From Balanoglossus misakiensis (taxonomy: Eukaryota; Animalia; Hemichordata), in the NCBI GenBank assembly GCA_040954595.2, contig CM082582.2:9167483-9231482 (forward strand): a DNA stretch of 64,000 nt, read 5' to 3'. The position numbers and the translations under genes were made by a program. Below, in pieces: positions 43,301 to 58,300 of the stretch. Each line of letters opens with the position of its first letter. Position 1 is the first letter of the stretch. Under the pieces are notes generated by a model. That model was not told the DNA's origin and made no database searches. It saw nothing but the letters and a program-made list of their open reading frames with translations.

Positions 43301-45991
43301 GGCAGACAGACAAGTCAAAATTTATGCAGTTGAAAAAAATCCAAATGCAGTTGTCACGTAAGTAAGATGTAAAAATTACAGTGATATGTGAAGTTACAGT
43401 GAAATGCTGCAAAGACCCTTTTCCTGGGGGTATTGAAAAAGCTTGGAGAATTTGGCACAAAATGCAAGAACCTACCTCAGAAGCAGCTGAAATATTTCCA
43501 TGTACCCCTCTGAAGGGAATTAACCCACCCGCTGCCTTAGTCTTCTTTAATCTTGTCTCTGTCAATATGGATCCGAGTATTTGCAAAATGGGGAGACGAT
43601 GATTGATTTCAGTGTTAAGAGTTGACGTTTCAATTAGTGCCTCTGTGCTTCAGGGCCTTAACCCTTCCTCCCCCCGCATCCCTCTGGAGAGGTCCAACAT
43701 CGCCACTGAGAACTATAGGAAGTTGGGTCAAACCATGGTAGTGAAAGGGGTTTTAAATTTTCTCTCCATTGTCAGATTACAAGCGTTTCAAGACGAGATG
43801 TGGGGAGACCAGGTGACGATTGTGTCCAGTGACATGAGGCTTTGGGAAGCGCCCGAGAAAGCCGACATCATCGTCAGTGAGCTGCTGGGTTCGTTTGGTG
43901 ACAATGAACTTTCACCCGAGTGTCTAGACGGGGCAGAGCCCTTCCTCAAAGGTTGGTATTTGATCTGCTCTGATCTGCTTTCTGGAAACGCCCATCTCAA
44001 GGTGGAGTTCCATGATACCTGTATTAATTAAAATGTATTTCTTATCAAGGACAGTGTGGGTACCTCCACAAACCATAGGTTTTCACAAAGCCCGTGTATT
44101 CGAACATTTCTCTGAAGTGATGTAAAGCAAAGAAGCTGTGTAGAATGGCATAGATATTACACCATTGATTCATTTGATCTTATTTTCCCCTGCTACCAAT
44201 CACTGTTTCTCAGTCATGAAGGCAACCATGTTGCCGTGTGAAAATTCATGCGAATTAACTGTGAGGGCGCTCTTCATCACAAGAGGGTTCACATCCTTGG
44301 GCAGTTTATAACCTCCTGCATATTTGCAATTTGTCTCCATTCTGTTTGCTCAGACGACGGCATCAGCATACCAAGGCAGTACACTTCCTACCTATCACCA
44401 GTTTCTTCACATAAATTATACAATGAAGTCAGATTGTGCAAAGACAAGGATAAGAATCCTGATGTAAGTGTTTCTCTGAAGCATTTCGTGAACAGATAAT
44501 TTTTGTTCTGGTATAAAACCATCATTTTTTATTAAACACATCAGATAGTTACATGTGTAACTTTTTTTATCATCGTACCTTCATGCAGCGTTTGGTGTGA
44601 TTAATAATAGGTCGTTGATAGCCAAGGGCGATACACGACGCCAGCCCAAATGTCACAACTGAAAAATTAATCGTGTCACGTGTTTGGTTTCCCAGGCACA
44701 CTTCGAGACGCCGTATGTGGTACGTCTGCACAATGTCAACACGTTCGCAGAGGCCGTGCCCATGTTCACGTTTGCCCACCCCAACAAAACACACAGGGAG
44801 AACTCGCGGTTCAAAACGGTTAGCTTTGATGTGGACATCGACACAGTATTACACGGTTTCGCTGGCTATTTCGATACCATTCTGTATGGCGATGTCACCC
44901 TGAGTAAGTAAATCCATCATTTCTGATTACTGTTCGTGCAATATATTCCCTTTTGTGTGTCCTATCTGTGAAATTCCCTTCGTAATTGGTAGCCTTGCTG
45001 TATGAATATTTTTCTGTTCCTGTGGGTCAGGAATTTTTTTTTCATTGTCAGCTGAGCTCATCCCAATCTGGTTCCAATGAAGAAATTCAATATATGCCCT
45101 ACTTTGAAAACAGGCATACATAATTCGTATTTTAGACTGTATAATGTCCTGGTTTATTCTCTGAGCCGTGGTAGTAACTGTCAGGTTGGATTTGCTCTTG
45201 CGGATCACTAAAGTTCATCAATATCACTCATGATTTAATACGCCTAACCAGCTTTGAGCTCATGGATAGATGACTTTATACTTTACAAAACCTTGTTCCA
45301 GATCTCTTAAATTAAAAGATGACTTGGAAACAATCTTTGCATTTTACTCTACGACCCTTCCCCCAAAGGCCCAGATTCCGTCCTTCAGAGAATGGAGATT
45401 TCTCAACAACTTCTAGTAATCGCTGCCCGTAGCAAGCGTCCCAGCTGTCATCATTAGATAACGGCAACCCTTGGCATTTATTAAGAATGCATTATTTTGC
45501 CACCAAGTGACTTAAAATCTATCCATCCACCCACTCTCTGAGATCTACAGTTAATGCCCCCGGCTGCTGTTGTGTGGCATCCGGATCCGAAACAGTTTGG
45601 CCTGAATTGTTTTTCCTGACAATTCCATGCTGCTTTATTCTTCTCCGTAGGTATCTGTCCCAAGACGCATTCAGAGGGAATGTTCAGCTGGTTCCCGATC
45701 TTCTTTCCAATCAAGGTCAGTTTGTGCCAGAGTTTCTGTTTTCGTCTCCTGTTTGTGTGTTCTTGTTTTGTGGGTGCAACCATTTTCTGGTTTGAATTCT
45801 GGGTTTCACCTTATTCATTGCAATTCATGTATTTGCAGGAACCCATCTTTTTGAGGAAGAATGACAAGGTCACAGTGACCTTCTGGCGTAACTCGACAGC
45901 GAAGAACGTGTGGTACGAGTGGTGTGTGACAGAACCCATCATCAAGGCAGTCCACAACCCCAACGGTAGATCGTACACTATAGGACTGTAA
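34318..45991 (+). CDS. PRMT5: Protein arginine N-methyltransferase 5, 13 coding exons (approx. 34318-34409, 35426-35544, 39412-39629, 39841-40009, 40684-40847, 42480-42641, 42951-43088, 43235-43357, 43775-43951, 44354-44463, 44696-44903, 45651-45715, 45838-45991)
   Basis: [138 protein letters not shown]. Confidence 0.96.
35559..35674. repeat. (TTCA)29 microsatellite
   Basis: Perfect tetranucleotide array starting 14 nt into PRMT5 intron 2. Confidence 0.95.
39645..39765. repeat. (GGTT)n/(GATT)n compound microsatellite
   Basis: Visible in PRMT5 intron 3. Confidence 0.88.
43658..43757. mobile_element. Near full-length copy of the ~95-bp piggyBac-like MITE, opposite orientation to the 5259 copy
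   Basis: ttaacccttcc...gtgaaaggggttttaa; its reverse complement aligns with 5261-5350. Confidence 0.62.
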
Positions 45992-48433
45992 CGTTGTCTG
46001 AAAAAGAATAGTCCGTGTGTAGTCAGTGTATTGGTAACCGTCATTTCCTGTGTCCTGTAACTTTTAATAGCTTATGTTCTTTACAAGGGAAGAAACTCTC
46101 AGTAAGGGATAGTTCTCATGTCTTCATCGATGTCATAAACTTAAAGTCTTTATTGTTTTTGAAAGTTTGCTATGCATAAAAAACGTTTACTCTTTTTGTC
46201 AATAGTTCAGATAATTCACCCACCAAGTCAGCATTGGCCTGCAATATTACATTACAGGGGTACATATGAGGGTTTATGTTTCATAGCTTTGCTCACCTGC
46301 CAGCCCCAATTTTTTTCTGGCAGTACAGAATGTCGCGGGGAGTTGTGTGTGAATGGATTTAGGCTCAGCACATGACAGCACAGACAATCAACAAAGAACA
46401 CAAATGTCCCACCTACTACAAACCTAGGCTTGACAGTGTATTTAGTTTCTACTGTCATATCTGTTTATTTTTCTTTGGTACCGTACTTACTATATAGCAT
46501 GTTTTTATTTTATTTTATACAAGACAAAAGGATGGTTTCTGCTTACAGTTTTCCTTCAACATTTGTTGGCTTTTTTGCGGCCTATTATACGACTTAAAAG
46601 CTTACTATATCCTTTGAAGGAAATCCGAGAATTTGGACCAATAAATATTGCATGCATGACATTTTGAAAAGCGCAAGTATTTTGAAATTCAATCTATCAC
46701 TCTGAAAAGTGTAATGATAGTAGGTTTTATTTCTGGAAAATTCACTGCTTGGAAAATTTTCAGCTGTTTACAATCAATGTCATGCAAAATATTTGTTGTT
46801 GTTGTCAGATTGTCTTTATAAGATGTGCGCCTGTGTGTGGGCTGTGTGAGGCTGCTTAACTCAGTGGTGATTCATAATGCTGTTTGTGTGATGACAGAAC
46901 ACAAAAATGACTGCTCTGTGAAAATTGGCCTTAACAAGTCCCACACTAAACAATATGGCATACCACAACAATATCTGGTTGTATAAACAGATACACCATA
47001 CAGTTTTCAACAAAAAAATAGTATGAGTGCGACCATACAAGCATGACGTTAATCTCATTCTTTAGCCCGGCCATGCCTGTGTTTAAATTTCTTCTTAGGA
47101 CTGCAGGTTAACAGAACAGACATACAGAGATATCAACTCATGATTTCTTTTAAATTTAGAAATACAGTTTAGTAGAATAATTCTGCATATTCTCAAGTGG
47201 TTCTATTCATGACTTGGTTTATATGTAACTTATACACTATTTCATAAGAAACAATTATTTGTATTTTTACGAGGATTTGTAAATTCAAAAAAATACTTTT
47301 GACAGATGGATTTTTTGGTAAGGCAGAAGAGGACAGAATGGGTTTAAAAAAAACTTACCAAGAGATTAAGTTGGTGATTTTTTTCATTTTAAGGACAATT
47401 GTATACACTGTATATTTTTTCAGAAAAGTTAATTCTTGGTAATTATTATGATATATATTTTTGGTAAAACATTACTTGAATTACTTATGGGGCTGGGATA
47501 TGCCCGTTTCTTCCTCAGTTTGTGACAAGGTAAACTTGACAGGTGATCAGGTGGGATTTGCTGTTGTAAGTTGTGATTACAAATAGGATGAAGGCAGTTG
47601 CCCCACCCCCTTCAAGACACAACTGAACTGATTGGAGGGAGAGTGTGGGTAATGTTTACCTACCTAAGGAGTCTGACCAATACTGAACTCCTTAGCTAGG
47701 TTAAAACTATCCACATGTCCAGGGGGTGACTGTCCTGACACTGTATAGTTGAGGATTGTAAAGGTGACTTGTTTGTGTGTTATTCATGTCTTCATTTGGT
47801 AGATCCATACACAAGTCTGTACTTTAATTCAGTGATGGCCAGAGCCTCATAGGAATGCTTTAGATAGGCCATAGTCGAAGACAAAAAAAGCTTAGCAACC
47901 AATTATCCCTTGTTGTGAGTGACCACATGAATAACCAATCCCACTGAAATACTGAGACTGTATTTTGACAGTTGAATACTGACGTGCAAGTTCTAAGTTT
48001 CAGGGTCAAGTATAGTGCCAGATTATAATCATCTGATTATTATTCGATAAACCAAGCTAGATATTTTGGGATTTTTTTTATGTTCTGCCAGTAATTGTAC
48101 AAGGGTGCTGATGATCTTCCCTGTCTATGTGACATTGTTGTTCCTCACGAAACCTTTTGAAGCATAATCATGTAATTGTGGAGTACACAATATGCAAATT
48201 ATTGTGATTTTTGGGCAAGTCTTGAGACCAACAAGATGAAAAATAAATGTTTCCTTCAAATAAGGAAAACAGGAAATGTCCGTGCTTGTTTTTGTGTTGT
48301 GAGAATCCAGTATGCGATACCATTACTGGTAATTAGCCATAAAGCCCTTGATGACATCCTGTGCACTTTGGTCAAATAAGAATATGACATCAAAACAGCT
48401 CCAGTAATCATTATCGTTCAAGGCAACATTACC

Positions 48434-48488
48434 AATAAAGCTGAAGTGATGTCACAAGACAAACATTGCATGCAAACATCATTTTATT
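48434..48488. terminator. Facing polyadenylation signals at the probable PRMT5 / VAT1L 3'-UTR junction
   Basis: AATAAA on + at 48434-48439 and on - at 48483-48488. By eye, strand composition switches from T/G-rich to A/C-rich here. Confidence 0.5.
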
Positions 48489-51400
48489 CCTGAAACTTTG
48501 GACTCCATAGTTGATCTTGGACGCCACAAATAAACTTTACAAAACAAAGTACACAAATTTACATGAAACATTCGATACATGTCAAAATATAGTCTTTATA
48601 CAACAGGTCCTAATCTACAATCTCTGAATAATCTAAATATATATATTCTACATCTTTCTTGAGTTACTTTGACAAGTTTTCAATGTGGCGTATGTATGAG
48701 GAAGGAATGCAAAAATGATGCCACGCATACTTAATGAGGCACAGTGAATTCAAGATGGCCGACGTATTATTTGTGGTGACACAAATTATCAGCATAGAAA
48801 TCAAGATGGCTATGATACATGATATTCAATGAAGAATTTCAATGTTGCAGGAGAGAAACTTTCCAGTATTTACCAGGAGAATTTAGCTCAGAATATGCTG
48901 CTTTGTTGCAAAGAATCAAAATGAACTAATAGAATTGATACAGAATATTTATATGCCAATTGAACCTATTCATAAATGTACAAATTTATTCAATGACTAA
49001 CTTACAATAATCAAAGGGAAAAGTGGTTTCATCCATAATAGTTTTGAGGTTATCAAACGTCATAAAATAAACCTGCTGTTCTAGGAGACATTTGGAAAGA
49101 GATTACTTGTATAGACGTCTTGAAAGGGGATCTATTTGTGATTGTAGTAACAGTAGCTGTCAAAGGGTCACACGCCATGATTTTCATAACCTTACAATAT
49201 TGTCAGTCAAAGGAAATTTTAACAATCCAGCCTCTGAATTGACATTTTTTCCTCCTCAAGATCACACTATTCACATTTTAGATGAATTTTATGACATCAA
49301 ATACAAATCAGTGGAGAAACGGCTTATAGGTCCTTGTGGCATCATTCTGTGATTTACAAAAGCTGGTGTGTCATTTTCTTTAACATATCAATTTTCACAT
49401 GCGCCTTCAGTGGTTCCTCAATCCCCCAAACTTGCCTCAAATAAAGCCATTTCTGCAGTGTTTTCTATTAGTGTTTGAATTAAAGATCATCTTGTAAACC
49501 TATGATAATGACTGAAGAAAACTGTACATTAAGAGGCTGCATTAGTAAAAGGTTTGACTTCAAACATTTTTTTCCCCACTTTCTTTCCGCCTGTCATGGG
49601 GTGACTGACAAAAAAATTATCTCAGTCTTTTATCTTGGCTCAAATAATGACATCATAGCTGCTGTTGACAATTCCCTCCATGCGGCAATGTCGCTCTCAA
49701 TTCAATACTTTTATATTTTTGGACCACTTGTGATGAGGGCAAGGCATGCTGTTGATATCACAAGAGTCAAAATCAATATGGCTGCAGGGAAATTTCACAC
49801 TATGCAATCCGTTTATAATTTTTTCTAAAGGTAATCCCACACTTAACCAATATTGGGCCTGTGCGTGGGGGGTGACAAATGATGAAGATTGGTACCTCGT
49901 TGCCTAGATACAGCATATCTGGCCACACATCTCAAACAGAAAATACCTTATTTAAAACCATACGATGGCTATGTTATTTTCCTGACAATTTTGTTTGAAG
50001 GAAAACTAAAATACAATATTACACAAACATAATACAAAAATATATGGTGATTCTGAGGTACCATACGTAATGGACACAATATGATGGAACATCAATAATT
50101 TATGACACAGTAAATGTACAGTAAAATATTAATACATTTATAATTCATCTCCAAGGCATCAAAGCACATGTGCTTTTGAATGTGTTATTCCACTTAGTAA
50201 AACAGGGAGCAAAAAAAATTCCATTCAGAGGAAAACTTTTAGCGCCAGACGTATGCTCCAATATTTCCACTTTAACAATTTCAAGAGGAGTAACTGTGAA
50301 AATAACATTTTCTTTGCCAGTTTTAATTGAGTAGGAGTGAAATGGTTTTAATAAGTGGCAACAACCTTAACATATATTGTGAACAAAATCTAAGTGGCAT
50401 TTAGAGACATTCTCAAAAATGATACTGTCTGTATTTGATGTGAACTCATCCAGAATAGAAAAGGACAATGCAATGAAAAGAGATCATTATCATACAATCA
50501 CCATCCATGTTAACGAATAATACAGTTCTGTGCTTTGATGACTTAAAGATATTAATACCATATCTTATATATTTTGAATGGACATGACTTAACAATTAAT
50601 TTAGATTCAACATACAGTAAATTTCAGCAGGTTGACAGTAACCATATAATCTATATATAATTTCTACATCTCAATTCCTATATCATCATATATGTATATA
50701 TTTTTTTATCCTTTGAACCATTCATATATTTCAAAATTAAATACTGTCATTCATTGGATGAACTCAAGTCTCAAAATGGTAAAGCACTGTGACTGTCTGA
50801 GTATTTAGTTGTGTAAGTGGAAATAAATACTAGAGAAGTATGTCATGTTACATCTCTACGCGAAAAAATGAAAGCTAATGCCCACATGAAATTTTCATGT
50901 CTGAACAGTGCGGTCTTTAAGCGTTAATCCCTTAGAACTGTGACCTTGATGCAGACTGTACACTCATGACCTTCTGCCCAAAAGCAAAAAAACATCGACA
51001 TAAGGAAAACATCCCGTCATTTTTCTTGGAATTCAACATCAAAACAAATCACCTAATTACTATAACTGCTGTTCAGCTGGGTGGTCTATATTTGTTAGGC
51101 ATCTCTTTGGATCATTTCCTTAGCAACCATTGTCAAGCAATCTTGAATACATCAGTGTCCCCTTAACACAAGTACTTATATACTAACAGCATTAATGTTT
51201 ATTATTAAAATGAAGTTCGCTTTTATATATTTTTTTATATTTGTATATACTGCTAAGACAGCACCATGCAAGGTTTAATATTTCATGGGGATTTTACAGT
51301 GAAATTTCTACACGATACATTTTCATTTTTTGGTGTCATTTTTGCACTAAGTCTACATTTCCATCAATTTTGAGATCTGTTCAAAGTATTCTAAACAAGC

Positions 51401-51696
51401 AGTTGAATCTGACATCCATCTGAAAGTTGCCTCGGTTTAAATTCATTGAAGATCAAATTTGGGGGAATTTATTTCAAAACAGTTGTTATAGTCTTCTGTC
51501 CTTGACAGATCTGATATGGTATTCCTTCATCGTAAGTTTTCTCTCTATCTGAAAAAAGAAACATGTGATGTTATTAAAGAGGCAAGGATGCTCACTTGCG
51601 ATGCAAAGCTTTGTGGGATAGCTCTTCTGCTAGATATGTTGACCGCCCTTGTAGATTTGCGTAATGAACAACTAGATGAATACACACAGTCATCAA

Positions 51697-52201
51697 AGGC
51701 ACGTAAGCTGCAACTGGATAAAAAAATTAAAGTTTTAAATAATCTCATGTATACTTTTAATTATGTCTATTAAATGATATTTCATGATAATATATCAAGC
51801 TCAACACTTATTTATGACAAAATGGCCAAAAATTAAAGAAAAACGAAAATTCCTGCAATTTTAAAAAAAGTGCAATATTGCAATGAAAAATGAAAATCGG
51901 ATGTCTCAGTGGTGTACATTTACTTCCATGAGCTCAAGTGGATGAGATCATGTATTGTCTATGAAGTTTCACAACCGGAAATGCAACATTTTCATTGTTT
52001 CTTGCATTTTCCCACGGTGGCGGCCATAATCGCTTGCGGCAAAGCTTTATTATTTATCTGGTTAAAACTTGCATATGCACTCATATTTAGGGTTTATAAT
52101 GCTTGTGTATTGTTCACTGCCTTCATCTGCATGGACTAATGGTAGTGCAGTTTGAAACAAAAATTATGAAAATTATCCCAAAAGTTACAGCTTACGTGCC
52201 T
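51697..52201. mobile_element. Kolobok/T2-type MITE, 505 bp
   Basis: 19-bp TIRs AGGCACGTAAGCTGCAACT and AGTTACAGCTTACGTGCCT (1 mismatch), flanked on both sides by TCAA (51693-51696, 52202-52205), a TTAA-like 4-bp target duplication. Confidence 0.8.
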
Positions 52202-52361
52202 TCAAGGGAACTGAATTTCATTTCAATAAATTAATTTCGGAAGTGAAATGTAATTTTGCCATTTTTACAATTCAATTAGAATTGATTGTTTTGCAAAATG
52301 TGTGGGTGGGTGTACTGTAGATAGTTGGATGGATGGAAGGGAATTGATAGACCCTCTCACT

Positions 52362-55300
52362 TTATTTCTTTTCTTCTTTACTTTCATTCTCCGCGTTTCC
52401 ACCGGCGGGACTTGGGGTATCTGCGCTATCAGCAGCCTTTTCCTCCTGGAAATGAGATCACAAATCAATCTGAAAGAAGTTCTGCAGAGTGTATCGCGTT
52501 TCAGCTGAACCACAGGCATAGAGACAGGACGACTATAGCTGTTTCATTTGCAATTTCAAAAACATATATGCCTACAGCTGTGTTTGCAGATTCAATAGAG
52601 CATTATCTACTCTGAAAATTAAAAGAAATCTATTTTAAGGCAGTGTTTATCAAAAACGCACACGCTAAGAGTGTTCTTGCCATATGGAAGCCATAGTGCT
52701 ATTAATAATAATGCCCTGGCACCAATCCACTGTTTACTTTTTTCGCAAAAACATTCAAACACAATTTATGTTGATGAATCAAATTATTACCTTTGGTGCT
52801 GGTTCCTTAAGAGGACTGAGCACAACTTTTCCAATGTTTTGTCTGTCATGCAACTTCTGCATAGCAGCACCAATCTATGGGAGAAGAAAAATTCCAAAAT
52901 TCAGATATCTTGGAAGATTTATTTTTCCCCAATGATATGCGTAGGTTGACTAGCACATTTCAAACAATTTAAATCCTACAGAATGTTCTCAAAGAAAACA
53001 ACAAACAAACAAGAGTGCTACTCACCTCTTCGAATGCAAACACAGAATCGATTACCGGTTTGATTTTGCCAGCTTTGAACATGTTGGTCAGTTCAGCCAT
53101 CACTTCTCGCAGGACGTCCACACGACCTTGGGCGAAGATGAGGTTTTGCAGCATAAAACCCGAGATGGTTTTGTTCTCATCGTACAACTTGATTGGGTTG
53201 ATCTTGTCAACCTGCCACCACTGTTGATGAAATAACGAATGAAACAGGATTTGAATTCACATCTCACAGGAAATGCTGGCAGATGTCTGCATATCATTAG
53301 ATTATAGACTACACACTTTATTTTGTAGGAATTTACAGCATCTCAACTATGATTGTGTGACTTTGAAAAAAGCAAACTTACTGCTTTGGCAAAACTGAAG
53401 AAACTTCTTGTCTCCCCGGTAACAACATTGGAAGAACCTGTTCCAAAGAAAAGACAATTTTACTTGGCAAAATTTATAATAAAATTTGGAATTACATGTA
53501 CTTAGAGATGTAAAGTAAATTTGTACCATAAATTGATCAAATACCGCAGAATTTATTTCATCCACTGCTTCCAATAAATGATCAGAATTTCTGTTTCTAT
53601 TTTTTGATTTGTTTAAAAAAGGAACCACTCAGAATACGTTCTCTTCCTCCACTCCTCGCAAAAGGAAGAGAGGAACGTTCATCAATGATCAAGGGCAAGT
53701 TGCCGTGAGGCAACACCCGAGATCCGCTTCGCGCTCAGAAGAGAACGTTATAGCTCGTCATCATGGTTTTGGGTGCCCCCAAGTTTATGGGAAACTCAGA
53801 GTGGATACATACTATAGAAATGATCCCTAAAAGTATGATCTTAATTCCAATATGGCGTTTCATAGCTTAAATAGCAGGAGCTAGAAACATTAACTACGGT
53901 TTGATGTCAGTGAGCTAATGTGGTAAATATAACTCTCCTGACTAATTTATTGGACTATAAAACGTCAATTTTCGACTAAAATCTAATTTATAACTGAACT
54001 CTTATTATTTTCTTATCTGACCCTGAACCATAACATCGATGTATATGTCTTTTTCGGTCATTTTTGCACTCCTAGCAGGATATTCAAATTTATTTAAAAA
54101 TACGCAAGGTCATGAGTTCACCCTTTAACCTTGTTCACGTGACTTGTCAGCTGATCGGTAAACAGACTGTGCTGCATGCCCGACTACTGTACCACTAGCT
54201 TCTACACAGAATCGTGACTGTCTCCGTGTGCGTAAAACTATATTTACAGGTAAGACACATTTATTAACGTCGCAGTCGCTTGGGAATTGAATTGTATACA
54301 CGGCAATCGCGCCTACGACTTAGAAAAGTGTATCTTCATTTATTCCACGGTCGGTCCGTTGTGGAGTGACCGTGTTTATACTGAGCTAAGTTTTGAAGGA
54401 ACTGTGATCTGACCCTAAAACCGGCCCCATCTTCTCAGTTTTCGCATGCCTTAAGGTCAGTCATGGAATTTATTTTACCACAGTTGCACCCCTATGGTTC
54501 AATAGTGCTTACTGTAGCTTGATGCAGGGGCAGCCCTCAGTAAAGGGTGCCACGCCCCCCGGCCTTAGAGAGTGTGTCGTTTTTCACATTTTCAAAACCA
54601 ATAGTCTAAATCTACATCGCTGAAAATGCACGATCACTTCAAGAAATGCAACTGAGGCCTCTCTATAATCAAGTGGTCTATCCATTAGGGGTCATCCAAT
54701 TAACCCCGTTACTCTAACTTTGCCATATTTTCAGTGCACTTTCCCATGATTCCTTGGGGTATTTCCATCCTTGAACGAAGTCTTTAATACTTTGTATATA
54801 TCATATTTCTACACAAAAGCAAGACTGCCCAAAGAATGTATTGTCTCTTGTGTTTCAATCACAATTCAACGTTTAAAATGTATTGGTGCTGATTGTAGAC
54901 CTGCAGGTATAAGACCAACAATAGCAAAATGGTATGGTGTTGACTGATAAGTTTCAAAGGGGGAACAGTACCGTGGGTGTAGAGTTTCTGACATGCTATA
55001 AGAGATAACCAAAGTAGGCTTTCTTTTTATGATGGTCAGTGACATCTTTCCCCTCAAACACATCTTTCTCAGTTCTATACATTCATTGTGATTATTGTCC
55101 TTTCATTTTGTATTCAGTTGGTATTTTCTCCCAAATTTTCCAACACACATGCACAATATACTTACCAAAGAGAATATATTTGCCCATTGGTTTGAGCAGG
55201 CTGATTCCTTTGTTTGTATCCTCGCCACAGAGACAATCAAGAACAAGGTCCACGCCTTCGGGTGAGATTCTGATGAAATTTAATTAAAAAATCACCGGAA

Positions 55301-58300
55301 TCTTTGTCAGACAAGGAGATCTTCTTACAAATGTGTCACATTAGTCAGTCGGACAGTCAAGAAGCTAAAAATTGTGTCAGTATTTTATTTCATTACAAAA
55401 TTATAATCATTCAGAATTTAATTTTAAACAATGATTAAGTACAAGTGGTCCCAGTACCATTGCATTGAAAAGAATGTAGCTTATATGTCTCAACCATATC
55501 CATAAACATCCTTACTTTTTCACTTCCTGGTGATAATCTTGGACCTCTCGGTCAAATAAGTGCTGCCAGTTGTCCTTCAGAGCTTCGTGTTTGTGAGCCG
55601 ATGCTGTTCCAAACAGAGTCACGTTTTCTAATTGTTTGCACAGTTGAGCCACTGCAGTTCCCTGGCGGAGGTGAAATTGAACAGTAAAGAATTCCCTTCT
55701 GCATTAATACTCTATTCCATTTCATGTGTTTAGACTACGATTGGAAAGATTAGCTGCTATAGAAAAAGAAAATTTCTGTACACCATACACAAGGCAATAC
55801 TATGCATAGTTTGTAAAAACCAATATAGGATGGCAATTTGAAATAGACCTGGCTATTTTTTTCTCTCCTTCATAAAATGTGAGATGCTTCACTGAGGTAT
55901 TGCTGTGTTCATTATGTATCCTCTCAAATCATTCCTTTCGCTGGCTTGCAAGTATCATTTTTCTGTCTGTGTTTTGGGGGGGGTGGTCGGTTGGCTAATT
56001 GGCTTGTCTAGTGGTAAAATTGATATCCGCTTTGTTTCTGGAGGAGAATTAATAACGTCAAGTTTCTATGGCAACTGTTCATCAGTTGTTATGAACGTGT
56101 AGAAATGACCAATCAGTTTTATAGAGATCAGTACCAATATGTGGTACTTGTTGGCCCCTAAGGATTATTAGAAAAGTTCCGTACATCTGCACCTAGTTTC
56201 CAATTTCATCTTTCAATCAGAAATTTCTGAAAAAACATCAACTGTTCAATCATCAACGCTTTCCAAAATACATCAAAATGCTCTTCCCTTACTTACCACT
56301 CCTCCCCCTGCAGAATGCACCAGAAGAGATTTCCCCTTTCTCAAATTGCCCAGTTCGTGCAGTAATATATGGGCCGTGGTGTAACTTATTGGAAGGGCAG
56401 CTCCATCCTCAAAGCTCATCCCATCCGGCATGTGGAAGCAGAATTTCGTTGGCACGGTAACAAGTTCGGACCAGGCTCCATAGTTGGTAATCGCAATGAC
56501 ATTATTTCCAACCTGTAAAGATGCAATTTATCTGTTCAGATCGATATTTACATTTTAGCCGGAAAAAATCAATAAAAATCAGTTCAAGTTGAAATCATGT
56601 TTGTTTTCCTCTGATACAAAAAGCATTATCTCGAAATTGAAAAAACTGCATGATTGGCCCTTCATCCAATTAGCATTTCCCATATGCAGAAAGCAGTCAG
56701 TGAGTATTCCAAGCACTTGTAAAATCCTCTATCTACATGTAGCAACAGTAGACATTTTGTTCTGCTCGAGCTAGTTTACAAAAAAATCACCTAAAGTGGA
56801 CAGAATTCTAGTGTTTCCTCTTTCACATCAAATACATTCTCAGTGTCTAGCGTTTTGGTTAGAAATGATTATATATATAAGAAGAAGCTTCTTGTCCTTT
56901 GAACTGTGCAACTGAAGTCTTGAATCTAACGCACAACATGAGTTGAAGTTGCTGTTGAATTATGGCATGCAGTGCTCGGCCGCTGTACATTTACATGTAA
57001 TCGTTTGGAACATAAGAGTGTCGTAAATCAACAGGGCCCACTGTGATGTGGAATGTTCATCGCAATTTCCGCTCGTCCACAGCGAATTTTATCAGCGGGG
57101 ATAGTTGTGTGTCGACTGCATGTATATTCAAGAGAGGCGGCGACTTAAAAGATTGCTTTGTTGGGGAGAAATTCACATTGTGCGTTCCTTGTCAAACAGA
57201 TCAGCAGTACAGATATAAGGGATGAAAAGAAAAGAATCTATTTGCGAGTGGAGAGTGGGAAAAACGATTGTGCCTCAACTCGTCCAATCCATCAAACAAG
57301 TGGCCTGTCGGTCGTTCTGAATGGTAACTGACACAGTTCATCTTGATTCAATTGATAAAGCCAGCCTTCCATTCAAGTCTCTTATTATGAACGTTTGCAT
57401 ATACACCCGTGTGGTGTGTATATTTGCAGTAAATACAGAGTGATTAGCATTATTAAAATTTGAGGCAATTTTAACGCTTCAATATTTGCAACAAATCAGA
57501 AAATATAGACTGCTGCACATTATAGTCTGAGTGACAAAATTTCTGGAGATCTTAATGTGTCTGGTGTTAAACTCAACTGACATTGTAAAGGAAAAAAAAC
57601 TCTCCAGAGACTTTGTAATGATTTTCTGCTTCAAGTCAATTTGTTATTCTGTGATTTCCATGTTAGTTTCTTGCGGTCGTCCATTGCAACTAACGTCAGA
57701 TGTTGTAGAAATTCGAGTCGTGATCGCTGCGATGATGAGAAGGGTTTCACACACTTCAGAAATCATTTTGTCTGACTGAATGACGCATGCACTTTTCGGT
57801 CACCTGACCGAATTACCCATTTCTATATCTCCGAGTTGAACCCGGAGTCAGAGACGCATCCCACAATGCAACAGGTCGCATTTCCCCCAGGTCCCACTTC
57901 TGAGCAATATATATGTACGTGTGAAATGACAAAATTGATGCGACGCTATCCTCCAAGATGAGTTTTCGAGTGACACTTCACCTGAGAGATCCTGGGCTGA
58001 TTTTCACTTGTTTATTTTGCTCTCTTGTCGTCACTTCTGAAGCAAAGAAACATACTGGGCTCTTGCGCATGCCCTCAATATTGTTTGATCTAAAAAGCGC
58101 AGGTAACATGAAACCAGCAACCCATGCATATCCAGCCCGCAGTGTACAAAAAAACAACACGTACTGAAACTACATCTAATGGAATTTTTAATGTCCAAAT
58201 GCATATTACATACCTGGAAATCAGTGACTTCTGCACCCACAGCCTCCACCACTCCAGAACATTCAAATCCTAAAACTATCGGTGTCTTGGGCGGGTTGTC

